DNA of 64,000 nucleotides from Eledone cirrhosa (Eukaryota): NCBI GenBank assembly GCA_964016885.1, contig OZ024750.1, positions 10,850,001 to 10,914,000 of the forward strand, read 5' to 3'. Shown piece by piece: positions 37,203 to 50,002 of this stretch (position 1 is its first letter; each line of letters starts with the position of its first letter). The notes under the pieces were generated by a model. It saw only the letters and a program-made list of their open reading frames with translations, ran no database searches and was not told where the DNA came from. The position numbers and the translations under genes were made by a program.

Positions 37203-40200
37203 GTAAGAAACACAGTGCTAATATATTTCTCTGGATCAATGGTTACTCTGTATATGTATGTGTGGAGACTTCTGCTGTCTCTGGCCCTAGGACTACCTCC
37301 CTACTCGCCAACATCGGCACAGAGTTGGCTACCCGCAGGCGTGTACCTCGCGAATTAGAATGGCTTTTCCGGCACATCTCTCTCATTGTCCTCCGGAGGA
37401 AACGTTTTCTCTATTCTGTCTGGTGGGGCCGGAGAGAATAGAGAGATGTGGAGAGTGGGAGAGACGGGGGGCAGTGATAGTGGAAGTTCGGCCCTTGTTA
37501 CATTGGGTTCGAACCTGGTGTATATGTATACATTTGTTTACCACATTAGAAATATGGTTATGAAAAGGTTAATTTCTTTTCAAAGTCACAAAAACAAGTT
37601 TCCATCTGTTTGCTTCATATTTTTAATATTATATAATCAACTAGTGGAAAGTGTAAATGAATGTGTGTGAACACATGTGTGTGTATATATATGTATATAT
37701 ATGCAGGTATAAATCTGCCCAGCAATTCTTTCCTGAGACATTCTAACCACATGCCCATAGTATCGGAGGTGTGATCTCCCAATTCGGAGAAGTAGCGGCT
37801 CAACCTGGAATGACTCTCTGATCTCCCAGCTACGCACTTTATTGAGTAACGTTACTCCAAAGACCTTTCGGTAATCCCGGAGGTAGATCCCGAGCAGGAT
37901 TGTTGGATAACATCCATAAACTTGGCTAGTCTCGCTTGGAGATTCAGCCGGATCAGTTGGAGACAATTGCTTCTGGCAGGACCCACTGGAAGGACTGTTT
38001 GAGGACTTTGCCCCCCACGATCCTTTCAGAAATAAGCGGGCAAAGAAGTTGTTGACTATTTATTTATAATTTTAGCGATTCAATTTATAGACAATATTGT
38101 TTATAATTTTGGCACAAGGCCAGCAATTATCCCAGTACATTACTGATACTTTATTTTATCGACCCCGTGACCCCGTAAGGATGAAAGGCAAAGTTAACAT
38201 CGGCGGGATTTGAACTCAGACCGTAAAATGGCGTAACTCTATGCTGCAAAGTATGGCGTCTAATCCTCTACCGATACTGCCAATCCAATATTGCAAGTAT
38301 ATAATAATCTACACACGGTGAATAACGTTTTAAGGAAGTTTAAAAACTGCATAGCTTAAATGATAATGGTCCAATTTATAATAGACAATAATTTATTCTA
38401 GAAGTATTGATTATATATAAGCAGAAATCTATTTATTTAACAATTACTTATTACCATAAGTATATAAATTTATCGATGCCGTAAGGAGGAATATGAACAA
38501 TTATAATTTTATTGTTTGTCGCAAGGAACGAAGATGTTGGGGACAGCACAAGGATTGGGTTACAAGACAATGAATGTTTTAGATAGAATAAACAAGGCGA
38601 CGGTTTTTAGGCTTCACAATGTTGAAGGCGTGTGGCTGAGTGGTTAGAGAATTGGATTCGCAATCGTGAGGTTGTGAGTTCGATTCCGGACCGGGTGATG
38701 CGTTTTGTCCTTGAGCAAGACACTTTATTTCACGCTGCTCCTTCTACCTGGAGTTCCGACCGATAGATAGTATTAGCAATTGGAAAGAGCGATGGAAGCA
38801 TTGTTTCGAATAGAACAAAACCGTCTAACCCATGCTAGCATGGAAGATGGACGTTAAAAGATGATGATGATGATCTCTATCTCTGTCTGTCTGTCTGTCT
38901 GTATGACACTCTCTCTATCTCTCTGTCTCTTACCCAACCGTTCTGTCTGTCCCTTTCACTCTCAGAATCCTGAAGCAGTGAGAAGAACGTGGGAGACCAT
39001 TTACAGTTTCCCTTCTACCCGAAGGCAACCACTTTCCTCAATCTATTTGTGTAGTGTGTGAGAGAGAAGACTGCGTTGGTATGGTCATGTGATGCGCATG
39101 GAAGATGACCGCTGGGTGAAGAAGTGTCAAGAAATCCCAGTGGAAGGAAGACGCAGTAGAGGAAGACCACGAAAATCATGGGTGGAAGTGGTGACAGCTG
39201 ACCTGAGATTGCTGAATCTCACAGAGGAGATCACGAGAGACCGTGCCGAATGGAAAGATTCTGTGCTGAATAGGACCCGGTCCCACCCTTGCAAGCAGGG
39301 ATAAGCGGACGTAGAATGATTATATATATATATATATATAATCAAGGTTTAGCAAATACGAAAAAGTATTAAAATAAATTTTAAAAAGTTCACTATACCT
39401 GTTATAATTACCCTTACCGCGCGGTTTCAAGTCTCAAAATAAATGGATAATCCATGCGGAAATCCATTGAGAAGAAGACTTTCGTCAGAGGGTTCTTCTC
39501 ACTCGGAGAATATAACATTTCCGAGTTCAAATCACGAACTGGCGCCATACAGAACCGTTCCCGGATGAGAGTGTATGATAAAGAAACACTTTTGTCTAGT
39601 GCCGTGTGTAAAGATAGAAGGCAAGGGCGGAAAGGTCAATGTACTGCCACTAGAAATAGCAGCAGTTAAAACGACCAAAATGTTATCTCGACCAGGGGAG
39701 ATTAATAATAATAAAGTATGTTTTTCTACATGCAAAATGCATATAGGGACACATGTATTATCCAACCGTATGTCAATGTGGTTCTATGGCAGGTTAATAA
39801 ATTAACGAGCCAGAACATATATAATCAAGGTTTAACAAATAAGAAAAAGTTTTAAAATAAATTTAAAAAAGTTCACTATACCTGCTATGGTTACCTTTAC
39901 CGCGCGGTTTCAAGTCTCAAAATAAATGGATAATCCATGCGGAAAAAACAAATATATGAACGTTTGAGCTGACCCCACGTATATCCATATAGTTTCTTTC
40001 TACTTGTGCTATATATATATATATAAATATATATATATATAAAATATATAATCGTATATACATGTGACATGCATGTATGTGTGTGTGTTTGTATGTATGT
40101 ATACATCAATGCATATAATGTATATCTGTATTTATATAATTTCTCTTTCTCTCACACTAGCTCATCACGCAGGAGAGGATATAATTTCCGATTTAGGTAC

Positions 40201-41459
40201 AATGATAAAAATTCTTACTGGTAAAGAGGACATTGAATTCAATGTGTACGGCTTATATTGTATAAAAGGATATGGTGGCTTTGGAATTCCAGTTGATTCT
40301 ATAGATAGGTAAGTAACTCAGCTGAAAGAAGTGTTTCTTGTTTCACATAATGAATGGCATAGTTTTAAACCGGAGGAAGAGACTCGGTGTGTGCTTACTC
40401 AACGTGTTAGAAATCCTAACTAAACCGCCTACAAATTCTATCCTATAGTGTTACATAAAGAAATATATTTGATATTGTAGTTTTATACAAGCAAAACAGA
40501 TAGAAAGATAAGATGAGATAAAATAAAAGGCTGAATGGTCATGACACGAACGTATTTGATTCTAACGCTGCCTAGATGATGGCTGAGCTAGCTCAGGTTA
40601 AACAACCATACATTTTAGAAGCAGAAGCATTGAAACGAGAGAACCTCTATAAGGTCTTTTGTTCTGTTGGAATTTTCCATAAATAAAACCTTACTGTGTT
40701 AAAAAGGAAAGATGTTATGAAGAATAGCTTTCTAAACTCAATGTCTGTAAATAATAATCAGAATAGTCATAGCTGAAAGCCTTTTGTTCATATTTCTGCT
40801 TCATTAAAGCTGACACTGGGCTAAAAGTCAATAGTAATAATAACCCCACAGTTTTAAAATCCACATGTATCAAAAGTACCTCTAGGTTTCACTATAAAAT
40901 TGAAAGAAATGTTTGTTCTCATGACCAAAAGTTGACAATAGCTCTTATAGATTGTTTGTATTTCTCAAACAGACCGAACAAGGATATTCTTAACTGTTGA
41001 TATAATATTATCATGATATAATATCAGCCATGGATCGCGTTATTGATTATCTTCTCGTTCTTACCTACAGATATTCTGAGATTGAATATGTTGGAAGTTT
41101 TCCAGGTTCTGTATTGGAAGAAATATGTTATTTCCAATGTATTTCCCACAATTTCTCAGTAATTTTTAACGAGACTGTCACCGTATGGTACCCAATCTCA
41201 GCCTATCGGCTGTTTATGAGGCAGAAGACTGTTAGAGGAAATGACGTAACGTTGTTGCTGCCTTCTCTTGTTGGGTTTGACGTGGTTTTCTGTGTCGTGT
41301 CTTACACAAATTTCCTCTCGCTATCTAAGCATTACGCTTACAGTTTCAATGGATATTCACACACACACACACATATATTACTCATATATTTCTTCATTGT
41401 ACTGTGTCGTTTGCCTTGTTACTTCTGTTTTCTTTTCGCATACACCCCTTATATGTGTA

Positions 41460-41551
<92 letters not shown>

Positions 41552-43770
41552 AATATTTATTTGTTTCCTTTACTGGTTTCACAGTTCTTATGCTTTTCAA
41601 ATTTTCAATAGTGGAATTGAGATGGAAGGTTTGTGGTTTTTCACACACACACACACACACATACATATATATATATATGTAAAGGTTTATGTATTTTGAA
41701 ATATATTAGAAAATACATATAATGTTGCTTTTAGCTGAGGTATTTAGGATAATAAATGTTTTATTTATTTGGTTTTCAGATGCTGTCAAGAATATACTTT
41801 CTGCTCTGAAAATGTTCGCAAGTCACAATGTTTATTATCAAGGATGGAAAAAATTAAATACGATTGGCATTATGACGGAACAAAGATAAATTGTGGTAAG
41901 TTATGGAATATTTTTCACTCGCAAAAAGGTTAAAACGTTTACATATATGTGTAATAATGTAAATGGCTTCATGAAAGGAGCTTTAAAACTTTCTCAAAAT
42001 TGATATGATTAATGATTGTAAGATATGTAATATTAATAGACATGAGAACATTATTAAAAGGTATTGAAATAATCATGATAAGACGTAGCAAGTATAAAAA
42101 CAAATATCTATATCAGATAGGGATCAACCTTTTTTAAGAGCAGGACCAATTGACTTTTTTTTTTTTTATCATATATCGGGACGACAACGATGACAACAAC
42201 GATGACGACAACGACGACGATTACGACGATGATGATGATATCACTAAAATAGTAATTTAACTAACATCCTATATAGTAAAGAGTACACTAAATATTATTT
42301 GTTTCTACTTTTGGCACAAGGCCAGCAATTATCCCAGTGTATTACTGGTACTTTATTTTATCGACCCCGTAAGGATGAAAGGCAAAGTTAACCCCGCAAG
42401 GATTTGAACTCAGAATGGCAAGGGCCGTAACTCTTTACTGCAAAGCATGGCGTCCGACCCTCTACCGATACTGTCAATCCACCATTTTAGAGTACACTAA
42501 ATATTATTACATTAAAGTTCGCGTGCTTGATAACTGCCATAGAAAAAATAATCAGACATTTCGGGAATGGCCTTTCGTCTGAAAGGAAATACAATTTTCA
42601 TTGGTATATATCCCAAAGTATAACAATATCTGTTTCAACACACGTTTTCAGAAATCAGAAATATTTGGACTCACAAGAATGAATAATTATAAAAATAACA
42701 GTATTTGTTTTAAAGGTACATATATTGAAAGTATACATTTCCCCCATCCCTACCTTATTTTCAAACGACACAGTGTGATCTATCTTGTTGCCTCACGCAA
42801 AGCATCAGCTCTAATTTCTTCTTCACATTCCTCGATATATTTCGCTAAAGTCATGAAATAATCACATTTGTTGGTATTCTTGCTACCACTAAGAGAGAGT
42901 AGATGTGTTGTCTCACGCCCTCACTCTATCTACATATCTCTCTATCTCTCTACATATCTATATATCTATCTACCTACCCACACCTTTCTCTCTCTCTCTC
43001 TCTATCTATCTTTATACTGTACAACTTGTATACAGATGAATCGACCAGTCAAAATTATTGGCCATCTCAGAGAGCAAATACATTTATTTTAACTCCAAAT
43101 AATTTCCAACTGCCCTACGAATGATAATAATAATTGTTTCTACTTTTGGCACAAGGCCAGCAAATTACCCAGTACATTACTGGTACTTTATTTTATCGAC
43201 CCCGTAAGAATGAAAGGCAAAGTTAACATCGGCGGGATTTGAACTCAGAATGGCAAGAGCCGTAACTATGCGTCAAAGCATGGCGTCCGATCCTCTACCG
43301 ATACTGCCGAACGATAAGGTTGTGCTAATTATTTCTAAATGTTAGTGTAAATAAAAAATACTGATTTCTGGAATATGTAAGGGTTTTTTTGTTATATTTG
43401 GGTTGGGTCGTATTATTATAATATTGCCACAAATAATAATAAAACACACTCACTGTTTGATTTGGATTGCTTCTGTATATTTTATATCTCTATAGTTAAT
43501 TTAGCTGGCAATCAATGTTTATCAATGATTGACCAATGGTTAAATATATATATATTGCAAGAGATGTCAACATGAATGGACCTGTTATTTTTTATCTAAA
43601 AACATTTTTCCAATTCCAACCCACCCGTCCCCCCAATCTATCTTATTTCTCATTCTTTCTTCTGATGAATGACTTGCGTCCGAAACGTTAAGACCCTCCT
43701 TCTGCTATCTCAAACGTTAACCTAATATATCCCTTCCATATACTGTACCGATTGTGTTGTTATTTCCGTT

Positions 43771-43855
<85 letters not shown>

Positions 43856-44046
43856 GTCTATCAACGTTCTTTCATCACACACATGTGACATCTGAAACTA
43901 AATTCTTTATTTCAGTTAACACACAGAGATGTTTGAAATCAAGATGTATATGTGATAAACAAAAAGCCTCGTGTCTCCGTGACCACATTGATGAATATAA
44001 CCCGTCGTTCCTTGGAAGATTCTTGGATCAAATAATCGGGAAATGA
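37151..44046 (+). CDS. Secreted phospholipase A2-fold protein (group I/II/V/X-like scaffold), predicted catalytically inactive, 148 aa
   Basis: join(37151-37202,40161-40308,41780-41895,43916-44046), phases 1,2,1, all GT-AG. Protein: [148 protein letters not shown]. It has a signal-like N-terminus and the sPLA2 motifs MIK..TG, YGxYC, GxPVDxIDRCC and CxCD...C...YN. An AATAAA lies at 44237. Confidence 0.9.
37260..37430 (+). mobile_element. CRE-like fragment (degenerate)
   Basis: [26 protein letters not shown]. Confidence 0.7.
37712..37875 (-). mobile_element. RTE-clade LINE fragment
   Basis: [48 protein letters not shown]. Confidence 0.8.
38626..38872 (+). mobile_element. tRNA-derived SINE (family S2) with RTE-type tail and (GAT)n
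   Basis: A box tggctgagtgg, B box gttcgattcc, gtccttgagcaagacact, tail aacccatgctagcatggaagatggacgttaaa; an older relative lies at 25305-25620. Confidence 0.85.
39048..39322 (+). mobile_element. RTE-clade LINE 3' end
   Basis: [41 protein letters not shown]; more degenerate relatives at ~22300-22445 and ~23390-23600. Confidence 0.85.
39336..39945 (-). mobile_element. Retrozyme/PLE-like element, 483-bp unit plus partial tandem copy
   Basis: ~125-bp direct repeat with period 483 (39415 vs 39898); contains a hammerhead; abuts (TA)n; no credible ORF. Confidence 0.75.
39410..39493 (-). ncRNA. Type I hammerhead ribozyme
   Basis: ACCCT-CTGACGA-aagtctt...gagactt-GAAACCG cg CGGTA-AGGGT; covaries with the 36476 copy. 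Confidence 0.85.
40161..40308 (+). CDS. PLA2-like exon 2 (N-helix and degenerate Ca2+ loop)
   Basis: cactag acceptor, gtaagt donor; ..[21 protein letters not shown]. Confidence 0.9.
41780..41895 (+). CDS. PLA2-like exon 3 (CCQEYTFC.. active-site helix)
   Basis: ttttcag acceptor, gtaagt donor, phase 2/1. Confidence 0.9.
42300..42488 (-). mobile_element. SINE S1 with 20-bp TSD
   Basis: TSD agagtacactaaatattatt at 42280 and 42489; other copies at 43132-43310(-), 50443-50680(-), 62700-62872(-). Confidence 0.9.
43658..43693 (+). ncRNA. Minimal (dimer-type) hammerhead motif in PLA2-like intron 3
   Basis: TCTT-CTGATGA-atgac ttgc gtcc-GAAACGTT-AAGA; loopless palindromic stem III; base of stem II imperfect. 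Confidence 0.6.
43916..44046 (+). CDS. PLA2-like exon 4 (..[17 protein letters not shown])
   Basis: tttatttcag acceptor, phase 1, TGA stop. Confidence 0.9.
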
Positions 44047-45559
44047 TTATTATCATTATCATTAATTATTATTATTATCATCATCATCATCGTCATCATC
44101 ATTATCATCATTATTATTATTTCAACGAAGTTTTTTTTTGCGTCTGTTTATTCATGTAGATATTTTCCATACTTTCTCATTAATACTACATACATAAACA
44201 ATATTATGAGATTGGTCTAGTTAAGTTAACAGATACAATAAAATTCCTCCAAATATTACACTTGGCTTGCTTTCGGACAACGATGAGAGTACGGAAACAT
44301 TACAGCTTATATCCATTATTGAATTGTGATAAGAATGAAAAACAGATGTCATATCTTTTATACTTTTATATCGCTTTGGATCGATTAGAACAAAACTCGA
44401 AACACCAGATGCAGACCACACAAAGAAGAGTTAAACAACCTACGCCGTCCTTCTAGCTATGTCCCCCCACCCCAAGTAAATCAACCACCGACCCGCATCA
44501 ATTACTTCTATGGGGATGACCGACGTCATCAGGCTGCAGCCGTTGTATTACATATCAAAGTGAAAGTACAATATTTCTTTAAAACAAATCCTGTTGTCTA
44601 CCATAAAGATTATCACCAGTCGATAGACATAGACTCCATCCATTCGTCAGTCTGTCTCTGGCGTTGATAATATAAGTAGCTCTCATCTTGAGGACAAAAA
44701 ATGACTGGAAACGAACCATGTCACATCATTCTCGAATTCAGAACAGAATTTCTTTTTGCAGTATACTGGGTTGACCTCGTCAATCTCCAGTTAGTGTTCA
44801 AACGCTGAAGACAGCACCTTTCATAGATTAAAATATAATTACATTGGTTCTACTTTAAAAAAAAACAATATATATGTTATGGTTTTATATTGAAACTGTT
44901 TTGTCTGCAAGTGTTAAGGTATAATGTGAGAAATATTTATATGTTGAAATCTTTACAGATTTCTTTTGACTGTTTAAGTGTTGTTAGGTGATTTGAAGAG
45001 GTTACAACAGGAGGCAGAATTAATAAAAATCGTTTCGATTAATTCTGTCTTACCGTGTAAGAAGCTTAAACTATCAAATACATCACGATAGAAAATATTT
45101 CGAAGGTAAAAATATTGTTCTTGCAAAGTAGGATATCAAATAAACTCGTGGATTGAAAATTGAGCGCAATATAGGTTCAATGTACGAGCCTTTATATTCG
45201 ATGTTTGGAGCCTTAAATAGACAAGATATAGACTTCCTACTCTATATGATATTCATATATCACAAGTAACTTTATATGAGATAAGAATAAAACCTAACAT
45301 TGCAAGCCAACAAAATACTCCTTGGTGTGATTCCTTGGTGTGATTACTGTTGCTAAAGGCAACGATTGATACAATCTAACATATCAACTTAAATGGGTTT
45401 GCTATAAGCAAAATATTATATATTCAACAATGAATGGAAGTCGTATCTTACTATATCAAACAATTTGAACTCAACTCAACAACCATTAAACGTATCTCTG
45501 TTGATCTTTACATCTGGCATGATATTATTTTCTAAATTTTCTTACTTGATTTGTCTAGT

Positions 45560-46490
45560 TTAAGAAACACACAGTATTTGATGATTAGATATTATGTAAT
45601 AGATCTGTATTAGACTTCACACTCTGCCTTCCTAGATATGGTACAAAGTTTAGCCTAAGAAACATACAGTATTTGATGATAAGATATGTACTATATCTGT
45701 CTCGGACTTCACACCCTGCCTTCCTAGATATGGTACTAAATTTAGCCTAAGAAACATACAGTATTTGATGATAAGATATGTACTATATCTGTCTCGGACT
45801 TCACACCCTGCCTTCCTAGATATGGTACAAAGTTTAGCCTAAGAAACATACAGTATTTGATGATAAGATATGTACTATATCTGTCTCCGACTTCACATCC
45901 TGCCTTCCTAGATATGGTACTAAATTTAGCCTAAGAAACAAACAGTATTTGATGATAAGATATGTACTATATCTGTCTCGGACTTTACACCCTGCCTTCC
46001 TAGATATGGTACTAAATTTAGCCTAAGAAACAAACAGTATTTGATGATAAGATATGTACTATATCTGTCTCGGACTTCACACCCTGCTTTCCTAGATATG
46101 GTACTAAGTTTAGCCTAAGAAACATACAGTATTTGATGATAAGATATGTACTATATCTGTCTCGGACTTCACACCCTGCTTTCCTAGATATGGTACTAAA
46201 TTTAGCCTAAGAAACACACCGTGTCTGATGATAAGATATGTACTATATCTGTCTCGGACTTCACACCCTGCCTTCCTAGATATGGTACTAAGTTTAGCCT
46301 AAGAAACATACAATATTTGATGATAAGATATGTACTATATCTATCTCGGACTTCACACCCTGCTTTCCTAGATATGGTACTAAATTTAGCCTAAGAAACA
46401 CACCGTGTCTGATGATAAGATATTAAGAAATATATCTCTCCCAGACATCACAATGAGCTTTCCTAGATATGGTACAAGGTCTAGCTTAAG
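45560..46490. repeat. 92-bp minisatellite (~10 copies)
   Basis: cctaagaaacatacagtatttgatgataagatatg..ttcctagatatggtac..; starts at 45654, 45746, 45838, 45930, 46022. Confidence 0.95.
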
Positions 46491-47824
46491 CAGTACACAA
46501 TTATTTACATTAGAAAGACCACGTAATTAGTATAATTTCTGTAAATATATAAATCACTTTAAATAAGTAAATAAGTAACTGTTGTCAGTTGTAACTGTGA
46601 ATTAACAAGGATATAATTCTAAAAAATACGTCTTTGAAATTATATTAACATAATACTTTAATGAATTCAGAAATAGCTAAAGTATGTAAATTAAGAAGAT
46701 AAAATTGAAATTTAGTGATTTTACAGACGTCTGTGGGTGAAGTAGATGTTAGACGGTAATAATTATCGTTCTGAATATATTTGTATTGCAAATAACTTGG
46801 ACATTTCTCAAGCGTCATACTTTATCTCTTCCTCGTCCATCATTGTCTATAAATATACATACATGATACACATACACACATATATATATACACACACACA
46901 CATATATATGTATGTATATCTATGTAGAAGCAAACACATATATGTATATATCGCCAAAATCAAATATTGATTCGATAGTTAGGTAATGTATTAAAGGTAT
47001 TTAATTAAAAACTAAAGAGTGAAATACGAAAACGAGTAGATTAAAATTATTAGTATTCTGGTGAAATAACATCGATATCTCAACAATTTTACTGATCTGG
47101 AACAACAAGAGTAAATATTGTATTTAAATTCTTCATAATTATTTGGTAGTTAAATATAATTTAAAATGTTACTGATCATATATAAAGCTACTGATAAATC
47201 AGATATTAAATGATAGTCGAACCAGATCATTTATTTGGAATATGGATAAGTTTCATTTATATATTTTATTTAGTATGTAGAAAGGTCATTTGAGTTATAT
47301 TTCCTCAGCCATATTTTTGATATATACTTTGAAGGTTACGTGTATCATTTATAATATACGTTCAATCATTTAAAATAATTAATCTTAGAAGTGATTTATA
47401 TTTTTATAATAAATGAAAGTTGTTGAAAATATCTAAATATTTTCATAATAGTAAGAAAGAAAAATAAATATTTTGAATAATGAGGCTTTCAAAATGATAT
47501 TGATTGCCATATTAGTGGTAATAATTAATTATTTCATAAACTAAGAAAGTTGTATTCATAATGGCTGATATTAAACACAACCATTATGATTCTACTTATT
47601 AAAGTGTTCTCATCAAACACACTTAAGATTGATATCAACTTATAAATGCGCTTGGTTTCCTGAACACTGCACATCATACTGAGATAAAAGAAGGATAGTT
47701 TGACTGTCGTTCTGCTAAATACAGTATTTTAAATCAACTTTTGGTTTCCCCTTAAAAAATTGTTTTTCGTTTTGCCATGTTTCCGTTCGTTGTTTTGTCC
47801 TCTCTTTGTTACTTTACTTACGTT

Positions 47825-47902
<78 letters not shown>

Positions 47903-48138
47903 CATATATATATAAACATATATGATTTATTGATTTATTGATATTTTATCTGAGTGACCCGAATCTTCCGGATCGTAATTTTTCGGTCGTATGGTTGATT
48001 TTAGACATGATCTATGTGTGTTGGTATTTTAACGATAGTTATAGCTCTGATTTATCTGAATTATTGAGCCCTCTGCCACTCATGTCGAATTTTGTTTATC
48101 GTGAACTCGTGCGCCGATTTTTCGATACTCTACTATTC

Positions 48139-48233
<95 letters not shown>

Positions 48234-48372
48234 CATATATACACATACATATATATATATATGTATATACATATATATATGTATGTATATATATATATAC
48301 ATACATACATATATATATACATATATATATGTATACATATATATATGTATACATATATATATATATGTATAC

Positions 48373-48436
<64 letters not shown>

Positions 48437-48570
48437 ACATATGTATATATATACATACAAATATATATACATACATATATATATACATATATGTATACAT
48501 ATATATATATGTATACATATATATATATATGTATACATATATATATATATATGTATACATATGTGTATAT

Positions 48571-48611
<41 letters not shown>

Positions 48612-48616
48612 CATAC

Positions 48617-48915
48617 ATTAATCAGTATACACTGAAGATGAAGAACTCAGACCTGTACGGGAGCCTCCCAAAAGTCAGCTCAAAAGTGACACAGAGGAGA
48701 CTGGGGTTAGCTGGACATGCTCACCGACATCCTGAGTTGACACTGCACGGACACACTGGAAGAGGAAGACCGAAGTTAACATATGTTGATACCCTAAGGA
48801 CAGACACTGGTCTGTTGGAGACGCAAGACATGGCAGCGATAATGAGGGACTGAGACCGCTGGAGAGAGCTCGTCCATAGATCTCGAGAATTTTACCCACC
48901 TTAGATAGATAGATA
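48617..48915 (+). mobile_element. RTE-like LINE 3' fragment (family A)
   Basis: [25 protein letters not shown].. plus (TAGA)n. Confidence 0.9.
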
Positions 48916-48944
48916 CATATATATATATATACATATATATGGTG

Positions 48945-49535
48945 GCTGCCAACTCGTTTTCGAGTACGGCCACTACTTTATATCCATGTAGGAGAACCCC
49001 TACCGATGCGCTGAACGAGTGTGACTTTTAAGTCCAGCCAGCGACTTGAAAACTCTGGTACAAACACTACACTTATGACAATTATTGACACAGTGCTGGG
49101 CCCATGGTACCATGTGACGACAAGTGCAGAGAGATCTCCAGATATAAAGCAATGCCTGTGCCGTGAAGTTTTTATAGTGAGCAAAGGCACTGCACAAAGC
49201 CAGTCCCACTCTCTAAACCAAGATGATATTTACCAAAAAGAAGAACAAGTCAACATCATTGGATATCATCAGGGTTGCAGGTGTGATATCAGAGTTTTCC
49301 TTCTCTTAGAATTCTGCCTTGACAAAGGCTAAGGTGTCATCTCTCCAGGGGATTTTGGATGGCCATTGACTCTTAAGAGCTCCTTTGCCCTTTGACAGGT
49401 TTTGTTTTTAGTCCTGCAGGATGTCCAAAGTCACCCTCCTCACCAAGAAACCTTGGTGGGGTTGCCAGTTTAGTCGCCAACGAACCGACTATGGGACAGG
49501 TTGTACTGGGATACATGTTACCAGTAGCACCAACA
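48945..49535 (-). mobile_element. Internally deleted RTE-like element (5' UTR joined to C2H2 zinc-finger 3' end)
   Basis: 3' part encodes CSVCTRVFKSLAGLKSHTRSAH; 5' part is GC-richer and hairpin-rich; flanked by TA-type microsatellites. Confidence 0.55.
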
Positions 49536-49749
49536 TACATATATATACATACATACATACATATACATACATACATATATACATACATATATATACATAC
49601 ATCTATATACATACATCTATATATATATACACATGCATACATACATACACACACATAGACACACATAGACACAAACAGACACACACACATATATATATAT
49701 GAATTAAAAGTGACAAAGGCGATGTTTAGTTACTAATAAATATTGTTTA

Positions 49750-49952
49750 GAAAACATAAGGACAATTCCCACTCTTCGGCTGTCTGCTGTGGGTAGCTGA
49801 TGTTTCGACGCATTAAAGACAGTACATCTCACCATAGTGCGTTAATAACTAAGAGGAATAGGATAACTATGGTGAGATGTACTGTCTTTAATGAGTTGAA
49901 ACATCAGCTACCCACAGCAGACAGCCGAAGAGCAGGAATTGTCTTTATGTCT
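49750..49952. repeat. Inverted repeat, ~80-bp arms
   Basis: ctcttcggctgtctgctgtgggtagctgatgtttc... and its reverse complement; lies between (TA)n tracts. Confidence 0.9.
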
Positions 49953-50002
49953 CTGTTTCTCTTACGTTTTCTAAACATATATATATATATATATACAAAT
50001 GG

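Noticed and set aside
38626-38700. tRNA gene candidates (also ~5005-5080)
   Set aside because: A/B boxes continue into a SINE body and tail; no closing acceptor stem
44262-45540. Faint Penelope GIY-YIG/RT-like peptide traces
   Set aside because: Too degenerate to support by eye; needs a translated profile search
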